Assembly: GCF_947568905.1 (NCBI RefSeq)
Contig: NC_079164.1
Coordinates: forward strand, 91,760,001 to 91,824,000
DNA: 64,000 bases
Origin: Ostrea edulis
Lineage: Eukaryota
Direction: 5' to 3'
Shown here: positions 62,620 through 64,000 of the stretch, one piece after another
Numbering within the stretch: position 1 is the first letter of the stretch
How the letters are laid out: each line of letters opens with the position of its first letter
Notes under the pieces: generated by a model
What the model saw: the letters and a program-made list of their open reading frames with translations, nothing else
The model's database searches: none
Told to the model about the DNA's origin: nothing
Program-made: the position numbers and the translations under genes

Positions 62620-63945
62620 ATTGGTGAATAAACAAGCATTCTGAGAGTATTGCATGGCAACATGTCCCCTACCGGTTGCAAAAAATACTGCACCACAACA
62701 ATATTCAAAGTTTATTATATAGGTTATGGTCAAAGGGAAAATTGGGGAACCAGGATAGGAATGGTTGGAAATCAACTACTATTCGAGTAGAGACTAGACC
62801 AGGAAAAAAGACAAATTAATAATTAGGTTTAGGTCTTTAACCAAGTCAATAAACTGTGACATGTAGGTGATCATCAATAATTTAGCTATATTGTTGTATT
62901 ACTATGCTAGAAGTTTTAATAAGTGTACTACTCTTATCTACAGAGATGAGAAACTTGGATGTAAACTAACAATTCATGCAATTTTTCTAAGTCCAAGGGC
63001 CATAACTTAATGGAAAATCAACGGACCAAGATGAAATTCGAACTTGATCTGTAACTTGTTCTGGCAAAGCAATGTACCAAATATCAAATGAATATCTGCA
63101 AGCACAACCAAAAAAAGTCCGGAAAACTGATAATTCATGCTATTTTTCTAAGTTCAAGGGCCATAACTTAATGAAAAATCAACGGACCGAGACGAAATTC
63201 GTACTTGATCTGTAACTTGTTCTGGCAAAGCAATGTACCAAATATCAAATGAATATCTGCAAGCACAACCAAAAAATGTCCGGAAAACTTATCATTCATG
63301 CTATTTTTTTTAAGTCCACGGGTCATAACTAAATGAACAAGAGGGGTTTCTTGCAATATACACAAGAGATGTTTGTAAAACATATATGCCCCCCCCCCCC
63401 CCCCCCAATGGTGCAAAATTGACAAGCATTCTGAGAGTATTGCATAGCAATACATAGTCCCCTACCAGAGGGAAAAATTATTGGACCACAACAATATTCG
63501 AAGTTCATTATGAGACCAAGTTTATGTTAAAAGGGAAGATTGGGAAACCAGGATAGGAATGGTTGGATATAAACTACTATTCAGGTACAAAGACTAGACC
63601 AGGAAAACTTCAAAATTGATCTGCAACTTGTTATGGCAAAGCAATCATCATGATGTACTGAATATCAAATGAATATCTGTAAGCACAACCAAAAAAAGTC
63701 CGGAAAACTGATAATTCATGCTATTTTTCTAAGTCCAAGGGCCATAACTTAGTGAAAATCAATGGACCGAGACGAAATTCGAACTTGATCTGTAACTTGT
63801 TATGGCAAAGCAATATACTAAATATCAAATGAATATCTGCAAGCACATAAAAAAAAAGTCCGAAAAACTGATAATTAATGCTATTTTTCTAAGTCCAAGG
63901 GCCATAACTTAGTGAAAAATCAATGAACTGAGACGAAATTCCTTT
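62620..63945 (-). mobile_element. HINE-like elements carrying ~161-bp tandem monomers
   Basis: AAGT(C/T)CA(A/C)GGG(C/T)CATAACT occurs at 62989, 63150, 63312 and again at ~63731 and ~63891. The end motif ACAAGCATTCTGAGAGTATTGCAT is duplicated at ~62630 and ~63422. Confidence 0.6.
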
Positions 63946-64000
63946 GTTCTTGCAGTCTAAAAGTTTACCTGCAGCTGTCCAATAATAATAATTACCAGTC

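Overview
AT-rich eukaryotic genomic DNA, most likely a bivalve (oyster-like), inferred from its gene content and repeat families. I built exon models by hand for five protein-coding genes. They are a VPS37B/C-like ESCRT-I subunit (+, 4 coding exons, 226 aa), mitochondrial 2-oxoglutarate/malate carrier SLC25A11 (-, 10 exons, 313 aa), an SH3BGRL-like glutaredoxin-fold protein (-, 3 exons, 92 aa), an NWD1/NWD2-type DUF4062-like/NACHT/WD40 protein (+, start unresolved) and a partial secreted Kazal inhibitor (+). The rest is dense in small mobile elements: Penelope-like, RTE and CR1 fragments, tRNA-SINEs, Helentron-associated elements and MITEs with 4-10 bp target duplications. The main leads are four. 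(1) Three splice sites of the VPS37 gene are each amplified into near-perfect tandem arrays, one of which stays in frame. (2) A 351-nt unit is bounded by two minimal hammerhead ribozymes (retrozyme-like). (3) A complete tRNA-LTR TRIM (Helenus-like) lies ~700 bp from a related 5S-rRNA-LTR TRIM fragment. (4) A TTAA-targeting MITE carries a Pol III tRNA-like cassette. All family names come from recalled sequence and structural hallmarks; no database search or folding program was run.
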